A stretch of DNA of 64,000 nucleotides from Paraspadella gotoi (Eukaryota; Animalia; Chaetognatha): positions 8,456,606 to 8,520,605 of the forward strand of contig CM119266.1 of the NCBI GenBank assembly GCA_051294375.1, written 5' to 3'. How positions within the stretch are numbered: the stretch's first letter is position 1; each line of letters begins with the position of its first letter. A model generated the notes under the pieces. That model saw only the letters and a program-made list of their open reading frames with translations, made no database searches and was not told the DNA's origin. Positions 37,609-49,905 of the stretch are shown in pieces. The translations under genes were made by a program, and so were the position numbers.

Positions 37609-40600
37609 ACTCATACACGCATTTGTTTGTTTTATTTACGATGAATGATTCATCGCGTCAATGAATGACTATCATCGCATCAATGAATGACTATCATCAT
37701 GGCTTGATCCTTATGCTTTTAAGATTTTTTTTTAATTTGTTGTTTGGATAATTTCTTGATTAGATGATTTAATAAAAAAAAATAATAGTTTTTTCGAAGG
37801 ATTAATTGGTTTATGAAATAATTTATGAAATGATAGGGTGAACGGGCGTTGTCGGCGCGTTAAGATGGCGACTTCTTTTGCAAGATTATTTGCTTGGTTG
37901 ACTGATGCTTGATAGAACTTTTGCCAGATTATTTGCTTGGTCGACTAATGCTTGATTAACAAATTAACAAAATTAACTTAACAAATGATTGATTAATCGT
38001 GTTCTCGATTGCGTCAAAGGCGAAATAATTGTTCAATTGATCGAAGAATCTAATGATTGCTCGATAGATAGTTTTTGCTTGGTCGATTATCTGACACGTT
38101 GGCCGATCTCACGACTCACCCTCCTCAGTCCCCTCCAGCGTCGAAATCCTGCAACTGACGCTGGAAGCCAAAGTTGGGGTTGGCCACTTGACGAGCCGCT
38201 CGAACGGCGAGAAGAGAGTCGCGCCAGTTGAGATTCGTGACGGTCATCAAGTAGGCGACGACGACGGTGACGGAGCGAGAGGCGCCGGCGAGGCTGTCGA
38301 AGGGTTGGGGGTGGATGGGGGGGTGGGCTTGAAGGGGGTTGGGGGGTAGATGGAGGGGGGGGAAAGAGGGAAGGAGGAATGAAAGGAAGGGTGGAAGAAG
38401 GAGATAAACAGGAGAAGCAAGGATTGGACAATTGCAAGATTACTTATTTTACTATATTAGACTAGGACCTTAATAATAATATAAAATTTCGACTATTAGC
38501 AAAGTATTTTTAGTTGTCTTGACTAAATATTTAAGCAATCATTTTCAAAAAAATTTACATTATACGTCTTGATTAATACATTAATATTACATGTTTTTTT
38601 TTACATTATAAAAATTTTTTTTGAAATCTTAAAATTTTTGATGGATCTGGATAGACATCAAAGTTAAACAAGAAATATAATTACAGCTTTAAAATCTCTT
38701 ACGTTTTCTATGTGNNNNNNNNNNNNNNNNNNNNNNNNNGGCAGTTACGTTATGAAAGAGCCAGCTAGGGTCAAGGATAGTTAACAGAAGGTGTAAGTCA
38801 AAGTAGGGTATGGTGGTTAGAGAGGCCTTTGGAAAGATAAACCTAAGATTTCTGTGGTCTTGACCTGGCAAAGACATTAGCCAAAGGTCTGTAGGAATGT
38901 GGGTAGGTCGAGGTGATTATTAAAAGCAAATTTTGCTTGATTGTTTTTAAGGTATTAAGCAAAGTTGACCCTCTTGGAAAACTCGGCCATTGTCAACTTA
39001 AGAAGGCAAAAGAGTTACTAATATATTTCTTTATTCTGCTTTATTGGTACTAGAACGAATTTGTTGACCCTCCGTGGGAGATTATTGATGCCTAGAACTG
39101 AGGTACAAAATTGGATGTTTTATGGAGAAAAGAGATGCCTAAGGATAGGCTGAGGGATTTCTTATTATAATGGTGGAGCGCAATAATGGTATTAGAGATA
39201 TAAGTTAAAGCACACGAGAATAATGTGGATTAAAAGGTTGTTTATTTTAAGGCATTGCCGAAGGATCCTTTCTAGAGTGTTTAGTGGTATGAGCTTATTG
39301 GAGGACAAGCATGTGGCTTATTTGGATTGGATAGCCTTAGGGCAATTGTAGCGGGATTACCTTTCGGTATTTAGTCGGTTTTTATGCTGAGGCTGTAAGG
39401 GCTTGGTCATGCTTGCCTTTTCAAATTGAACCGCGGTAGGTTGCCTGTTGATGGTTACCATTTTTATATAATACAAATGTGACTGGATTCAAATGGAAAT
39501 AGTTTTAAAGTCGTTTGAGTAATTATAGTAGAAGACGAGAATTAAGACTGTTTGGTCAATTCTTGAATACTGCCAATGATATGAAACTCCACGCTTCGTC
39601 AAGAGGAAAAGGAATTTTTGGATATCCAATGTAGAGTAAGGGAACCAGGTGAAAAATATTGTCCCAACTGATCATTCCTCTTCTTTGGAATTGGATAGAG
39701 GTATGAATTTTTGGAAAAGACTCTCTTGGAGTTAATTTATAAGTATAAGGCATTATGAAGAGAAATGGGAAGGAAAGAGTTACTTGGAATTAAGTTTAAC
39801 TAAGTGAGTGGAGGGCCATTCTGCGGGAGCAATTTATGTACTCTGGATACTCTCTTACTATGTTAGATCTTGCTTCTATTTGGGGCGCCAGGTAAATTTT
39901 AAAATTTTCTGGACAGCATACATGGAATTATTGCCTATGTAGGAAGAACTGGTTGATGGCTTTGTGGTCTTTTGTGGTGTTGTATGCCACGTTTGAAAAG
40001 ATGGCAATATTTTGACCTCCACAGCGGAAGTGGTGTAAGACTAATGGGAGAAATTGAGTGTGACACTGTTCAAATTTTGATGTAAAGCAAGCTAAGATAA
40101 CCGAGAGATTGAGCTTTAGGCTTAATTAGGACGAAGGGGTTAAAGTGAGGTTGTAAGAAATAATTAGGATTTATTTTAAAGATCTGTTATATTCAAGATG
40201 AGATGCACAGAGGATTAGAGAATGTTGGTCGGCGGTGGTTGAAAGACTGTTCGGAAATGATTTTGTTATTCATTTGAAAAAGGATTTAGAAACGAAGCAT
40301 TATGGGTGGCCAATTAAGGTGGCAGATTGGGAAGTTTTATAAAAAAGAAATCTTATTGGTGGGTAATGCGTACTGGTACCGGTACATTAAATGAATGATG
40401 GGACTGTAGAATTGGCGAAACTTAATTAAACGGGTTAAAATTGGCTATTTGGAACTTATTTAATCAATGAGGTATCTCGTATTGTGCGTATTTGGCTATT
40501 CAAGGTATTGAGGGACCACCATTATTCTATATCATTTGTTATGAGCGTCTTGTTTTGTATTTATTATATATAGGTTTTTGAGTATTTATTTGCGTCTCAT

Positions 40601-41620
40601 TTTGTTTTAGCGTCTCTTTTGTTTTTAATTAGCGTCGTCTTGTTTTTATTAGTTGTCCTTTTCTGATTTTTATTAGGCGTTTTATTAGCGTTTTAGTTAG
40701 CGTCTTGTTTGTTTTTATTTAGTTGTCTTGTATGTTTGTTAGCCGTCTTTTGTTTTTATTAGTGTCTTTCTGTTTTTAGCGTCTTTGTGTTTTTATTAGT
40801 GTCTTTTCTGGTTGGATTATTATTTAAAAAATATGTGTAATGTGTGTTATATATATAATAGTAATATTGATTGTAGTTTTTTATTCTATTAGATAGCGTT
40901 GTGGTCCCCTCTGCCCTTTACCTTTATACACATTGTAAATTATAAATTTTTGGGTATATGTTATACACTAAAGAATTAAATACGTTATTAAATGAGCGTT
41001 TTTATAAAAAATAAAACCTATGAGGTTTTATCGTTTTTCGTTTTACATTTTACGCATTAAACACTTTTTATATCTAGACATTTTTGTTTACTTTATAACA
41101 CTTTTTTACTGCTTTTCCGGTTTTAACGATATTATACAAAATTAGTTAAAAAAAAATCCCTTAGTTTTTTCCCTTTACTTTAACACATTATATATTATAC
41201 ATTTTAAGGTTATATTTCCATTTATGGCTTTATATTTTTTCTATTGTTCTTTTTTCATAATTTTTGTTTTTGTTTTTACTTTTTTATTAACAGTTGTTTT
41301 TCGTTTATGCTTTTATATTTGTTTTTGTTTTTTGTTTGTTGTCTTGAGTCTCATTTAAACGTTGTGTCTTTTTGTCTTTTTGATGTTTTTTTTGTTTTTA
41401 AAAATTTTGAATTTTGAATGTTCTTGAACGTTATATTTTATAGTTCTTTATGAATTAGTTACTAACCCATTTATTTATTTTATGAGTCAATTTAAACAGT
41501 TTAGTTGTCTGATTTTTTTTTTCTGTTGAAATTTTAATAGTTTAGTTTTATCTTGGTTTTACTGCTTTCCTAGTTATTACACTGATACTGTTTTGATTTG
41601 TCAATACTGTTTTGTTATTA

Positions 41621-41655
<35 letters not shown>

Positions 41656-42697
41656 CAGTTTCTGCACTGACTGTACAGCGGCCTTCAAGCAGCTGTCCAG
41701 CTTTGTCTCTCTTTCTCTCTCTTTCTGTCTCTTTCTCTCTTTACGATCTCTTGCGTGATCGTTCTTTTTTGAAAAATTATGATTATGTTTTTTTTTCTAA
41801 AAACTTTTATTCAGGGCTTTTTTCTCAATACAAAATCCCAAATTTACATCCGAGATTTTCGTGAATACATTTTAAAAAAAGTAAAGAATAACTATATTGA
41901 CATGCATTGCCACATGTAAATCAGCTAATGTGACTTATTATATATGCAGCACTTTCGCTGAACAATATGCATTACATTTAAAAAAAATAAATTTGTATTT
42001 ATTTATTATTGTAACTTTGAACTGGTTGGCCCACTATTGGCAAATTATATCTAAAATAGGAGTTGATAAGAGAGATATAGTCAAATTAAACATTACTTTT
42101 TTTGTTATTCTGATAATTTATACTATTATTAAATTATAAATATTTTTAGTGTATATATTTAATCATTTTTATCTTTTTTTTAAATAATAATTATTTGAGT
42201 TGTGATAACTATTATAAATTAATTAAATATGCAAATATAAAATTTGACCTCGGTCTGGTTTCTTCCTAAAAAAAGAACAATCAAAAATTTCATTCAAGAT
42301 TAAATTTTTTTTAAAATGAGGAAAAAAAAATATTTGGAAGTCAAAAATATCATAGTCGTGAACAGAGTATTTTCAACTATATATTTTGTTAATAGGGATT
42401 ATAATTTTTGGATCATTATTATTGAAAAGAGTTTAGCTTTATCAAGTTTTTCTTCTTCTGAATAGGGGTAGCCCCTCTCAAACGAAAATTTATGCATTTT
42501 TAAGTTTACTTTCAATGTACAAAAAATTTCTTATATGGCTCTATACCCAAATATTTATTTTGTAATATTTTTTTATAGAAAGGAAAAGAGTTCGTCCCTA
42601 CTCATATTCGTCGGAAAATGAGTTCAGCTCTGCAGCGGCGGTCCAGCGGCGGTCCAGCGACTGTCCAGCTTCTCTCTCTCTCTTTCTCTCTCTCTCT

Positions 42698-42761
<64 letters not shown>

Positions 42762-42878
42762 CTTTCTAAAAACTTTTATTATCGCCATTTATTCGCGCGC
42801 TTTTTTTCAATACAAAAACCCAAATTTACATCCGAGATTTTCGTGGATTTTTTTCCCTAAAAATTCTGGGAAACTGTC

Positions 42879-42921
<43 letters not shown>

Positions 42922-45900
42922 ACTCATACACGCATTTGTTTGTTTTATTTACGATGAATGATTCATCGCGTCAATGAATGACTATCATCGCATCAATGAA
43001 TGGACTCATCAAGCCTGAACCGGCTTCGCCGGTCATGGCTTGATAATTAACCAATCATTCAACTAACAATTCGTTCAAATAAACCAATCATCCAACGCAA
43101 CAAATTTTAAAATTGACCAATCCTCCCACTATCCAATCCGTCAATCAATCTATTATAAAATATATTAATCTTAACATCAAAACTTGGAAATCAACCAATC
43201 TTTCATAAAAATCATACCTAGTTTATCTAATCAATCAAATCAACCAATCAACCAACCAACCAATCAAATCATTTTCTCAAAACTAAACCCAATAGGAGCG
43301 TCGCCGCCTCCGCCAGACCTACGGCTCCCACGATTGCCCTGAGGCGGAGGCGAATCTGAAGGATCTCATCGACTCCTTCGTCGCCGCCGGAGATTTGGAG
43401 TCGGGACCCACGACGGTGATCGGCGCCGTGGGGAGCGTCAAGGCGCCGCTAGATTTTGACGGGGTGTTGGTACCGGCCGCTGGGGGTGGTGGCGGGACTG
43501 GAGGAGGGTCGATGCCCGCCAGCCCGCACGGCACGCCTAGGTGGGTCTACGAGTAGTTTCATCCTTGTGGGAAAAGTAATATTGGCAAAGAAAATTGATA
43601 AAAATACTATTTAAGTTTAACGTTAAAAAAATTCATTGATTACTCTCATTTTTCCGGGTCATAACATATTGCAAATTGATTTTGTTAAAGAAAACGCAAG
43701 GCCCGCTCCTCCTCGCGCAAATTCAAATCGGAAATTCGCAGACAAAAGATGAGAGTCGCGAGTTCGACGACAGATGTCGCTGGCTTAAAGGAGGACGGAC
43801 TCGCAGTGAAAACAAAGGAGCATCGACGGAGCAAAAGTCAAACAGCGATCGTCGTAGGACCCAGAGGTAAGGAATGAATGCTTTAAAAATAAATAAATGA
43901 TTCGGTATCTTTAGTTTTGTTTCCCAATTGTTGCAGGCCTTCAACCCGGAGAGGATCGTCCGCGAGAGTTCGAAGACGGCGGCGACGAATCCTCCTTCGA
44001 TTCGAGTCTCGATTCGACGCTCGACTCTTCATTCGAAGACCCGGGGCGTCAAGAGGAATTCCTGCAGGTTTGTTTTCTATTTTGTTTTGTAATTCATGGC
44101 TCTGTTTTGTTTTTGTAATTCGTTGATGTCAATATTGTATCAGTTTAGGAGTTCGTTGGTCCGTTTTTGAGTTCGTGGATTTGTTTTTTTTTTGTATAAT
44201 GTAGCCAATTACCTCGGCATCCCTCAACCAGGTCGTGGCTCAACTGGAGAGCGCCTACTCTCGCCGCGCCGCCTCCTCTCGCGAAGACATCTCCGTCGGC
44301 GGCGCCAAATCTCCGCGGAAACGATCGTCGATCACCTACGACGACCTCAACGCCCTCGGCGCCGCTTTCCGCGACCCCTTGCGCCAAAAGGCTCCTCAAG
44401 GTGTGCTCTCTCTATTAAATAATTTAAATTTTATAGCTGGTTTTTACTGGTGAGCTGGCTTTTACTTAGTCATAGACATAGAAAATCATAATTTTATTTT
44501 GAATAAAAAATTTTACATTCGTTAAATAAGTACAATTTAGTTTACTTACTTTGGAGTTTGGACAATATTAGATAACATTGTTAGATCCTCTAAGATTTTA
44601 ATGAGATTCTCTGACAATAAAGTTTAATAACTTGGCTTTAATGATATATATATATATATATATACTTCTAAAGTTAATTTTAAAATAATAAAATAAATAA
44701 CTAAATTATAAATTCGTCTCTGTGACTTTCTGTCCCTTAGTCGCCGCCTCAACGGACGATCTCAGCCTTCCATCCACCAAAGTATCACGCGTCGCAGAAA
44801 GAGTCAATTCGTCCCGAGATCTCCGCGCCGGCCACTCCAACGCTTCGTCGAGGGATCTTCGCGCCGGCCATCCCAACGCTTCGTCCAGAGACCTGAGAGA
44901 CAAACAGCCCAATATTGTTTTTTATTTTAAACCGGAAACGGTCTTCGATACAACAACGACCACGATGACGAAAAAGAAAACAACGACCTTATTCGTATCT
45001 CCGTCACGACCGACGAAGCGGCCGACCCACGACCGACAATGCCCGACAACACCCCCTCCCTGGCCCTCAAACAACGATAACGAGATCGATCCTGTCGTCA
45101 GTTGGTCTTCAAAAAACGACAACTTTGTCGGTCGGAACGAAATCCCGTCGGTTTGCGACGCCAACGGAAATCAACCGCCAACGATTTGCGAGGATCGGGT
45201 AAGATTTTGTAATATTATTATTAGTATTAGTAATATGTAATAGTACATATTAAGTTTGTCAATGCCACGAAACTTGGTTCAGGTAATCAGGATGTTATTG
45301 CCCGACTACTTATGATACTTAGAACAGTTGATGTGTGATCATTGATGAGGGAAGCGTTCTTTACACTTTTCATTCTTCAAATTTTGTGAATAAAATTTTC
45401 AACAATAAGAATTAGAACCAAGTAGTGCTTCTACTTCAAATGATACTTACATTAATTTTGTTAAATATAAGTTAATAGTCCGTACGTTTCTCCGGAGCAT
45501 ATTAATAATTAAATGTTACGTTAACAAAAGAAATAATATTTCTTTTCCCCGATTCTCAAAATATTTCCATCTTTATTTCTATAATCAAGTATTTTATGTT
45601 AATTCCCCAGATTTCTGAGAAATCTTCTCCGATCATCTCTTCTCAATCTCACGTCCGTCGACCTCTTCCACAGTCCATCTCTTCGTTCAGCAATATTCTA
45701 GAAGTCAGCTCGCCAGGTTTGTCATTTCCCAGTCTGTTGTTGCCCGGTTTATGGTTGCCCTCTCTCTCATCGTTATTTCTGTTGTTGCCATTTCTGTGTA
45801 TGCGTCAGTTGTCAATTAGACAGACTGACAAATTAATCATTTTGATATGAATTTTGGGAAAAAAAGGAAGCCCACCGGGCGTCGAGGGCAGCGGCCGAGA

Positions 45901-46125
45901 TTCTCCGGCAGCGGCGTCGGCGGCGTCAGCGGCGTCGGCCCGGCGGACTCTACGCAGCGGCGTCGGCGTCCTTCCACGCCCTCTGCTCCAAGTGACGGTC
46001 CGGGGATGAAGGGCGATACGTGGGTTTTCTCTGCGGCTTCTTCGCCTTCGAGAATTTCGGTCGGAGGCCAAAAAAACAAAAGACGCGATCCCAACAACTC
46101 AGGACAAAAGAGCAACGGGGATTGA
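11952..46125 (+). CDS. DUSP22: Atypical dual-specificity phosphatase, DUSP22/DUSP15 (JKAP/VHY) family, multi-exon, with a probable long low-complexity C-terminal tail
   Basis: Core exons 11952-11972 (MGNGMNK), 32350-32466 (IIPGLYLGNLRDAKD...ITHILSIHDSARAIYP), 32932-33056 (KYLCIPAADTPSQDL...FIHSGRLGGGAVLVHC), 35064-35238 (LAGASRSVTVVVAYLM...ANPNFGFQRQL) and 43296-43540 (ERRRLRQTYG...). All have GT-AG boundaries with matching phases. Candidate tail exons: 43742-43866, 43937-44067, 44205-44400, 44741-45198, 45611-45716 and ~45867-46125 (3' end uncertain). Confidence 0.9.
12439..13823. other. Assembly gaps (N runs)
   Basis: N at 12439-12656, 12826-13044 and 13701-13823. Further 25-N gaps at 38715-38739, 49881-49905 and 57106-57130. 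Confidence 0.99.
15904..16046. repeat. (GTC)n trinucleotide microsatellites
   Basis: Runs of cgt/gtc. Similar runs at ~5330, ~10490-10670, ~12008 and ~35700. Confidence 0.9.
16797..17090 (-). CDS. Two terminal exons of the Roco gene, ending in ...KKEEKNSKVCSIM* (CaaX)
   Basis: Exon 17090-16942 (VDEDAALLSEELAKM...SSLDHK), a 69-nt GT-AG intron, then exon 16872-16797 with TAA at 16797-16799. Confidence 0.8.
16797..30860 (-). CDS. Giant Roco-family protein (~2,980 aa): LRR-CC, degenerate ROC-COR, MBT x2, LRR/EF-hand-like, ROC-COR, TIR x2, C-terminal CaaX
   Basis: Manual exon chain: 30860-30735, 29169-28686, 28319-28189, 28032-27891, 27750-27617, 27239-27145, 27077-26950, 26483-26275, 26058-25582, 25366-25086, 24690-24238, 23663-17598, 17090-16942, 16872-16797. 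All introns are GT-AG with consistent phases, with two exceptions: exon 2 needs two compensating indels, and exon 11 needs one extra base to avoid the TGA at 24240-24242. Confidence 0.8.
17094..17227. repeat. Pentamer-based satellite (GAAATGAATT / GAAATGGATT / GGAATGAATT)
   Basis: About 13 ten-bp units with a 30-bp higher-order pattern, abutting the acceptor of Roco exon 13. Confidence 0.95.
17598..23663 (-). CDS. 6,066-nt exon of the Roco gene: MBT repeats, LRRs, ROC GTPase, COR, tandem TIR
   Basis: Corresponds to the 2018-aa ORF. MBT: WKPGMKLE...FFPAGYA...LTPP..Y..ESFNWKDYL....AKAVP and DSDKIHPIGY. LRR: LKVLDISYNKIKKCPESL. ROC: GLGGAGKTS, TDGIDI, WDFAGQ..YY.THQFFL, GTHLD, VSC. COR: KIPKVW...FLHELGSI...INPQW. 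TIR: CFISYCW...CWMDFE...NCQMEF. Acceptor cttaaAG at 23664-23665, donor GTAATA at 17597. Confidence 0.95.
24238..28319 (-). CDS. Middle exons of the Roco gene: cysteine-containing LRRs and a degenerate ROC-COR unit
   Basis: LSTLDFSGLEQLND, LRNLKCNGCHHLTDVGL and LQRVELRACPKISHSGI are LRR-CC type. They are followed by VIFQLLES..YVTRNTICVLPFW..ILESIFNQNPFAGIVLL, VLPVSK, EEVEAALEFLEANG and SLFDILVAR..SIRLSVR, which parallel the ROC/COR motifs of the downstream intact unit. Confidence 0.75.
24760..25075. repeat. (ATTT)n-like AT-rich simple repeat
   Basis: Visible tatt/attt runs filling most of a Roco intron. Confidence 0.9.
29400..30380. mobile_element. Non-autonomous foldback DNA transposon (MITE-like, hAT-type ends)
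   Basis: Termini TAGAGCGTTCAAA...TTTGAACGCTCTA. The arms stay complementary along ~480 bp (e.g. taataaggtctgaagaattcgat / atcgaattcttcagaccttatta). An 8-bp direct repeat CTGAACAG flanks it at 29392-29399 and 30381-30388. Confidence 0.85.
30535..30615. repeat. Degenerate (CCCTAA)n-like interstitial repeat
   Basis: ccttaaccttaaccccaatccctaatctctaaccc...ccctaaccct. Confidence 0.6.
31327..31340. promoter_or_regulatory. RFX X-box motif, putative promoter of the Roco gene
   Basis: Perfect palindrome GTTTCCATGGAAAC matching GTTNCCATGGNAAC. It lies ~170 bp beyond a minus-strand GTAAGT donor (31154-31159) that would end a 5'UTR exon spliced to the acceptor at 30863-30864, 2 nt before the ATG. Confidence 0.7.
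31897..32365 (+). repeat. 57-bp tandem array made of copies of the DUSP exon-2 splice acceptor
   Basis: Unit cctacttatctatttctcctctctacctctttttttcccAG-atcatccccgg. The acceptor G falls at 31939, 32006, 32063, 32120, 32177, (32234, mutated to AT), 32291 and 32349. Confidence 0.92.
35870..36160. repeat. Degenerate palindrome / foldback remnant
   Basis: tactgcaatatgcaaat pairs with atttacatattgcagta and gaatttccacttca with tgaagatgaaattc; centre at ~36010. Confidence 0.55.
37692..38464 (-). repeat. Inverted near-identical copy of 34898-35669, including DUSP exon 4 (38120-38293)
   Basis: Reverse-complement match with only small, mostly homopolymer-type differences. Probably the alternative haplotype rather than a paralog. 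Confidence 0.9.
38740..41652 (+). mobile_element. 3' part of a non-LTR retrotransposon (L1/Tx1-like) with repeat-rich 3'UTR and poly(A); low-quality sequence
   Basis: Ends in AATAAA plus ~30 A joined to host intron sequence that lacks the insert at 36290. Fragmentary post-RT-like peptides (LWKDKPKI, LAIWN). Tandem ttagcgtcttttg repeats at ~40540-40810. Confidence 0.55.
41652..43006 (+). repeat. Direct near-identical copy of 36292-37690
   Basis: Sequence identity from agttcagtttctgcactg to tcaatgaatg. Confidence 0.92.
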
Positions 46126-49100
46126 AACGATAAACTTTTTTTATACTTTGTTAAAAAAATTAAGTTGGACTTAGTAAAAGATGTAATGAAAACTTAGTAG
46201 AAAAGTTTTTTTCTGTTTTTTTTTTTTTTTTTTACAAATTTTAAGCAGCATAAGTTTTTCTAGATATACATCCCCTTTCTTATTATTAACATTCTGTTCA
46301 ATGAGCTTCTTTGATCAGTTTTACTCTAAACCAAATTTAATATGATCATGAAAAGTTAGTGTAATACTTTATATCACTTTGAAAACAGTTGATCGATTCT
46401 TGTTGAAAATGTTACAATGGTTGTTTGATAAATAGATTTTTAATTTAACATATCAACTATTTTTAGTAATCGAGAGATTTAAATGTTGATTTGAAATAGA
46501 ATATAATTAAATTATCCAACACAAAAAAATCTGTTAAAACTTTACTCTGCATGAGTTATAAAAAGACAAAGTTTCAAAGTCTATTATTTTCTACTATCTC
46601 TACATTTTCTCAAAACTATTGCTATCTATTGCAAAAGCAATCTTGTGGTTGTTACTCTTTGTTTTTTTTTCGTGCTTCAATTCTATAAATACAGAATTTT
46701 AAAAAAATATACTTTATAAAATATTAAAAAAATATTTTTAAAAAAATGTTTAAAAAGACAAAATTTCTTTTTAAACTGAAAAATTTTCTTGTGTATGATT
46801 ATTTTAATTATAAAATTAAAACAGCTAAAAGATATTTGTTAAAGGAAAATAATTGATTTTATTGTTTTTAGGGAACTAAAAATACAAACAAAACAATAAA
46901 AAACGAAGAGTGATGATCCAAAACTGCATGTGATTTTTTTTTAAAAAAGAAGCTTTTGACGGTTCATGAGAGCATGTGTCAGAACCCGAGCATCGCCCTT
47001 CATCCGAGCAACCATGGATTATGTTTATGGTTACTGTCAAAATGTACTTTGCTTACATAATAAGAACATAATGTACTTATGAGGCTTGTACCAGTATGTT
47101 TAGATCTGAAGCGAAGGATGAGTATTTTGTGTAGAAAAAAAAATTGAATCATGTTTTAAAAGTCTTTCAGTATTTAGAAATGGTAGTGACCGAAAAGTAA
47201 AGCTATGATTACTTTAAAATAGATTTAAGCATTTGGATACGATTTGAATACTGGATTTAATAACAACATACACAGAGTCATTTACATCCTTCTTGTTTTA
47301 TCAGCCGGAACATCTCGATCAGAAAGTCTTTCCTGTACCTGGTTTCATAATAGCCTTTTACAGAAGTTTTATCGGGGCTTTTGTTGTATGTCTCACATTG
47401 TAGTTTTTGATACTCCATGTATACAGTAAGCTTTTTGCTTATCGCATTTTTATAGCTCATTTAAAGTGTGTTAACTGTTGTAGAAAGTACACCAATGTTA
47501 TTTCCGTTAAGGATTATAATTACATCTTTTTAATATTAATACATAGACTATCAGGCAAAACGTTCAAAATTACCTGCGTTACTGATTTGTTTTGCTATTT
47601 ATTATGTTTTTTAGCTAACGCACAACGTAAAAATACTACTTTAAAAAATATTAATTACTTTTTATCAAAGCAGTCAGTTAATTTTTATATTTTAGGTTAA
47701 CTATTCTAACAACTTTTTTAATATTTAACATAAATTAGTACTTTTTTGCCTTGATTTTCTATTTGCTTTTTTTAGCTTATTACTTTTCTATTCTTTAATA
47801 GAGGAAATTCTTATCACAATAAAGTGATTGCTCCAAAAAAATTTCTGAAATAACTGAGAAAACTGTAGGTAGGCTTGCTAATCTCATATATATGTGTTGT
47901 AAGCATAATATTACAGAATCAGGTTCATAAGTCTATAAATCAAATTTAATTGCAATGATTTATTCAAAAAATTTGAATAAATGCTATTTTTTAATGCTGT
48001 CGGTAACTAACCATCTTCATTGGACAACATAATAACTATTACCCAGAGATACTCTCTGCCCACAAGCTTTATGAGAATAGTAGCTCTAATTTCAAATAAA
48101 AGAGATATTTTACCAAAAAATATAAATCATTCTTGTTGCACTATAATTAAATTCAAAATTTAAAACCAGAACCAAATAAAATTTGAATAGTGCATTTTTT
48201 TTACTTTTATATTGTTCACATTTTTAACAGTGTGCAACTTGTATGTGCCTGAATACCGATAAAAACTCAACTCTTCCATTTTTACCTACATAAATAATAA
48301 TGAACCTGCTTTTTGTAAACCATTACAAAATATTACATTGGCAAATGTTAAATGTACAGTCACTGGCTTAATAGATGTGTCTTTTTCTCCAATTGTTCTG
48401 ATTTAATGAGTTCAAAGTTAGAATTAAAAACTTACAAATAAAATTATTAACTCTGAGAGATAATTTGCTATTGGACCAACAACATCTATGTACTTACCTT
48501 CATTGGCACTTCCTAATTTTTTAAAGAATAAAATCTTTGATATCAACATTTTATTTGCAAAAGTAACAATAACAGTACAATAGTTTTTTCCCACAACACT
48601 ACTCAAAATTGACGAAATAATAACAAAATGATTTTTTTTTCGGAAGTAGCGTTCAGTAAGAGACATATATTTCAGTGTATAAAAGGAACCATAGCACGAA
48701 GTTGACCTTAAAGCACCGCGTGTTATTGTTTATCTGTAAAGCTCTTCTAATCTAAGAAAAAATCAGTAAAAATACTTCTTCATCGTTACTACTCATTCTA
48801 AATTTTCGTAACATAGTGCCGGTTGAGAACCGCAGGAAAGATATTAGCGGTTCTGCCAGATAAATTAAAAAGTAAATGCACTTGAGGATTAACAGTTCTT
48901 TACAGATGTTCATGAAAAAATATTTTTTAACAAATTAAAGTCATCATATAGTTTTAATTTTGAGGGTTATTGTACTGATAAACTGGCAATGCTTTCAGAA
49001 TTTTTCTATTCTAATTATTCAAATTAGTTTTTACTGCATCATTGTCTTTTGTTAATATTACTGGAATGCTATACAAAAGTTGAATAACCTTTCTATTTGT

Positions 49101-49226
49101 CCGTTCTTTTATTTTCATTTTTGTTTTTAAAAAAAAAACTTTCATGAAAATTCAATTTCAATTTCCGTGGACGCCGACGCTAAACCGTAGACAACTACGA
49201 TTGACGTCATCAGTAACTTCGCGACG

Positions 49227-49294
<68 letters not shown>

Positions 49295-49323
49295 CTCTTC
49301 TCCTCTCTCTCTCTCTCTCTCTC

Positions 49324-49880
49324 TCAAACGTAATCCGCCTCTAGAATCTCTCGCGAGAGCGAAGTTGTTCGGGCGCGGTCGTCGGCATTTTCCCCGCGGC
49401 GACGACGACAACGACGACGACGCCGCCGCCGAAGATTTTCGTCGCCGTTCCGTCGTCGCGTCTTAGTTCCGTTTTCGTCGTCGCGATCGTCGTCGCGCGT
49501 ACGTCGTCGCTTCGTCGTCGTCGTTGTGCACGGAGCGCGAGCGGCGATCCGGTGCGCAAGGCGACTGGGCGGCGACGAGGCTGGACGAAGCGACGCGCTC
49601 GGCCGACCTTTCCCGGTTGTATTCAAAGTTTAGCTCGGCTCGCGCTTGTGCGTCGCCGTGCGCGTCGGTCGCGCGTCTGATGACGTGTGGTTCCGTAGGA
49701 GTAGAGTTGTCGCGACGGTGGGTTTGACGCTTGGCACGCTTGGAACGGGCGTCCAATGAATCGTCAAAGGAACGGTTACGGGTTCGAGCGTCTACATTAG
49801 CCGTGCAGTAACGAGCGGTTCTTCTCTTTGCTGTGATCCGACTGTACGTGGTAACGACTTTTGTGGCGAGTGGCAATCGT
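49324..49880 (-). CDS. Partial duplicate of the terminal exon of the unidentified minus-strand gene (see 60865-61492)
   Basis: Near-identical to 60865-61400 (ARTRNRSFDDSLDARSKRAKRQTHRR); truncated by the N-gap. Confidence 0.55.
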
Positions 49881-49905
49881 NNNNNNNNNNNNNNNNNNNN
49901 NNNNN

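Noticed and set aside
46200-49140. Possible small minus-strand exons (e.g. a 15-nt ag-GAAGTGCCAATGAAG-gtaagt near 48497-48511) in the AT-rich spacer
   Set aside because: No coherent reading frame or recognisable motif could be assembled.
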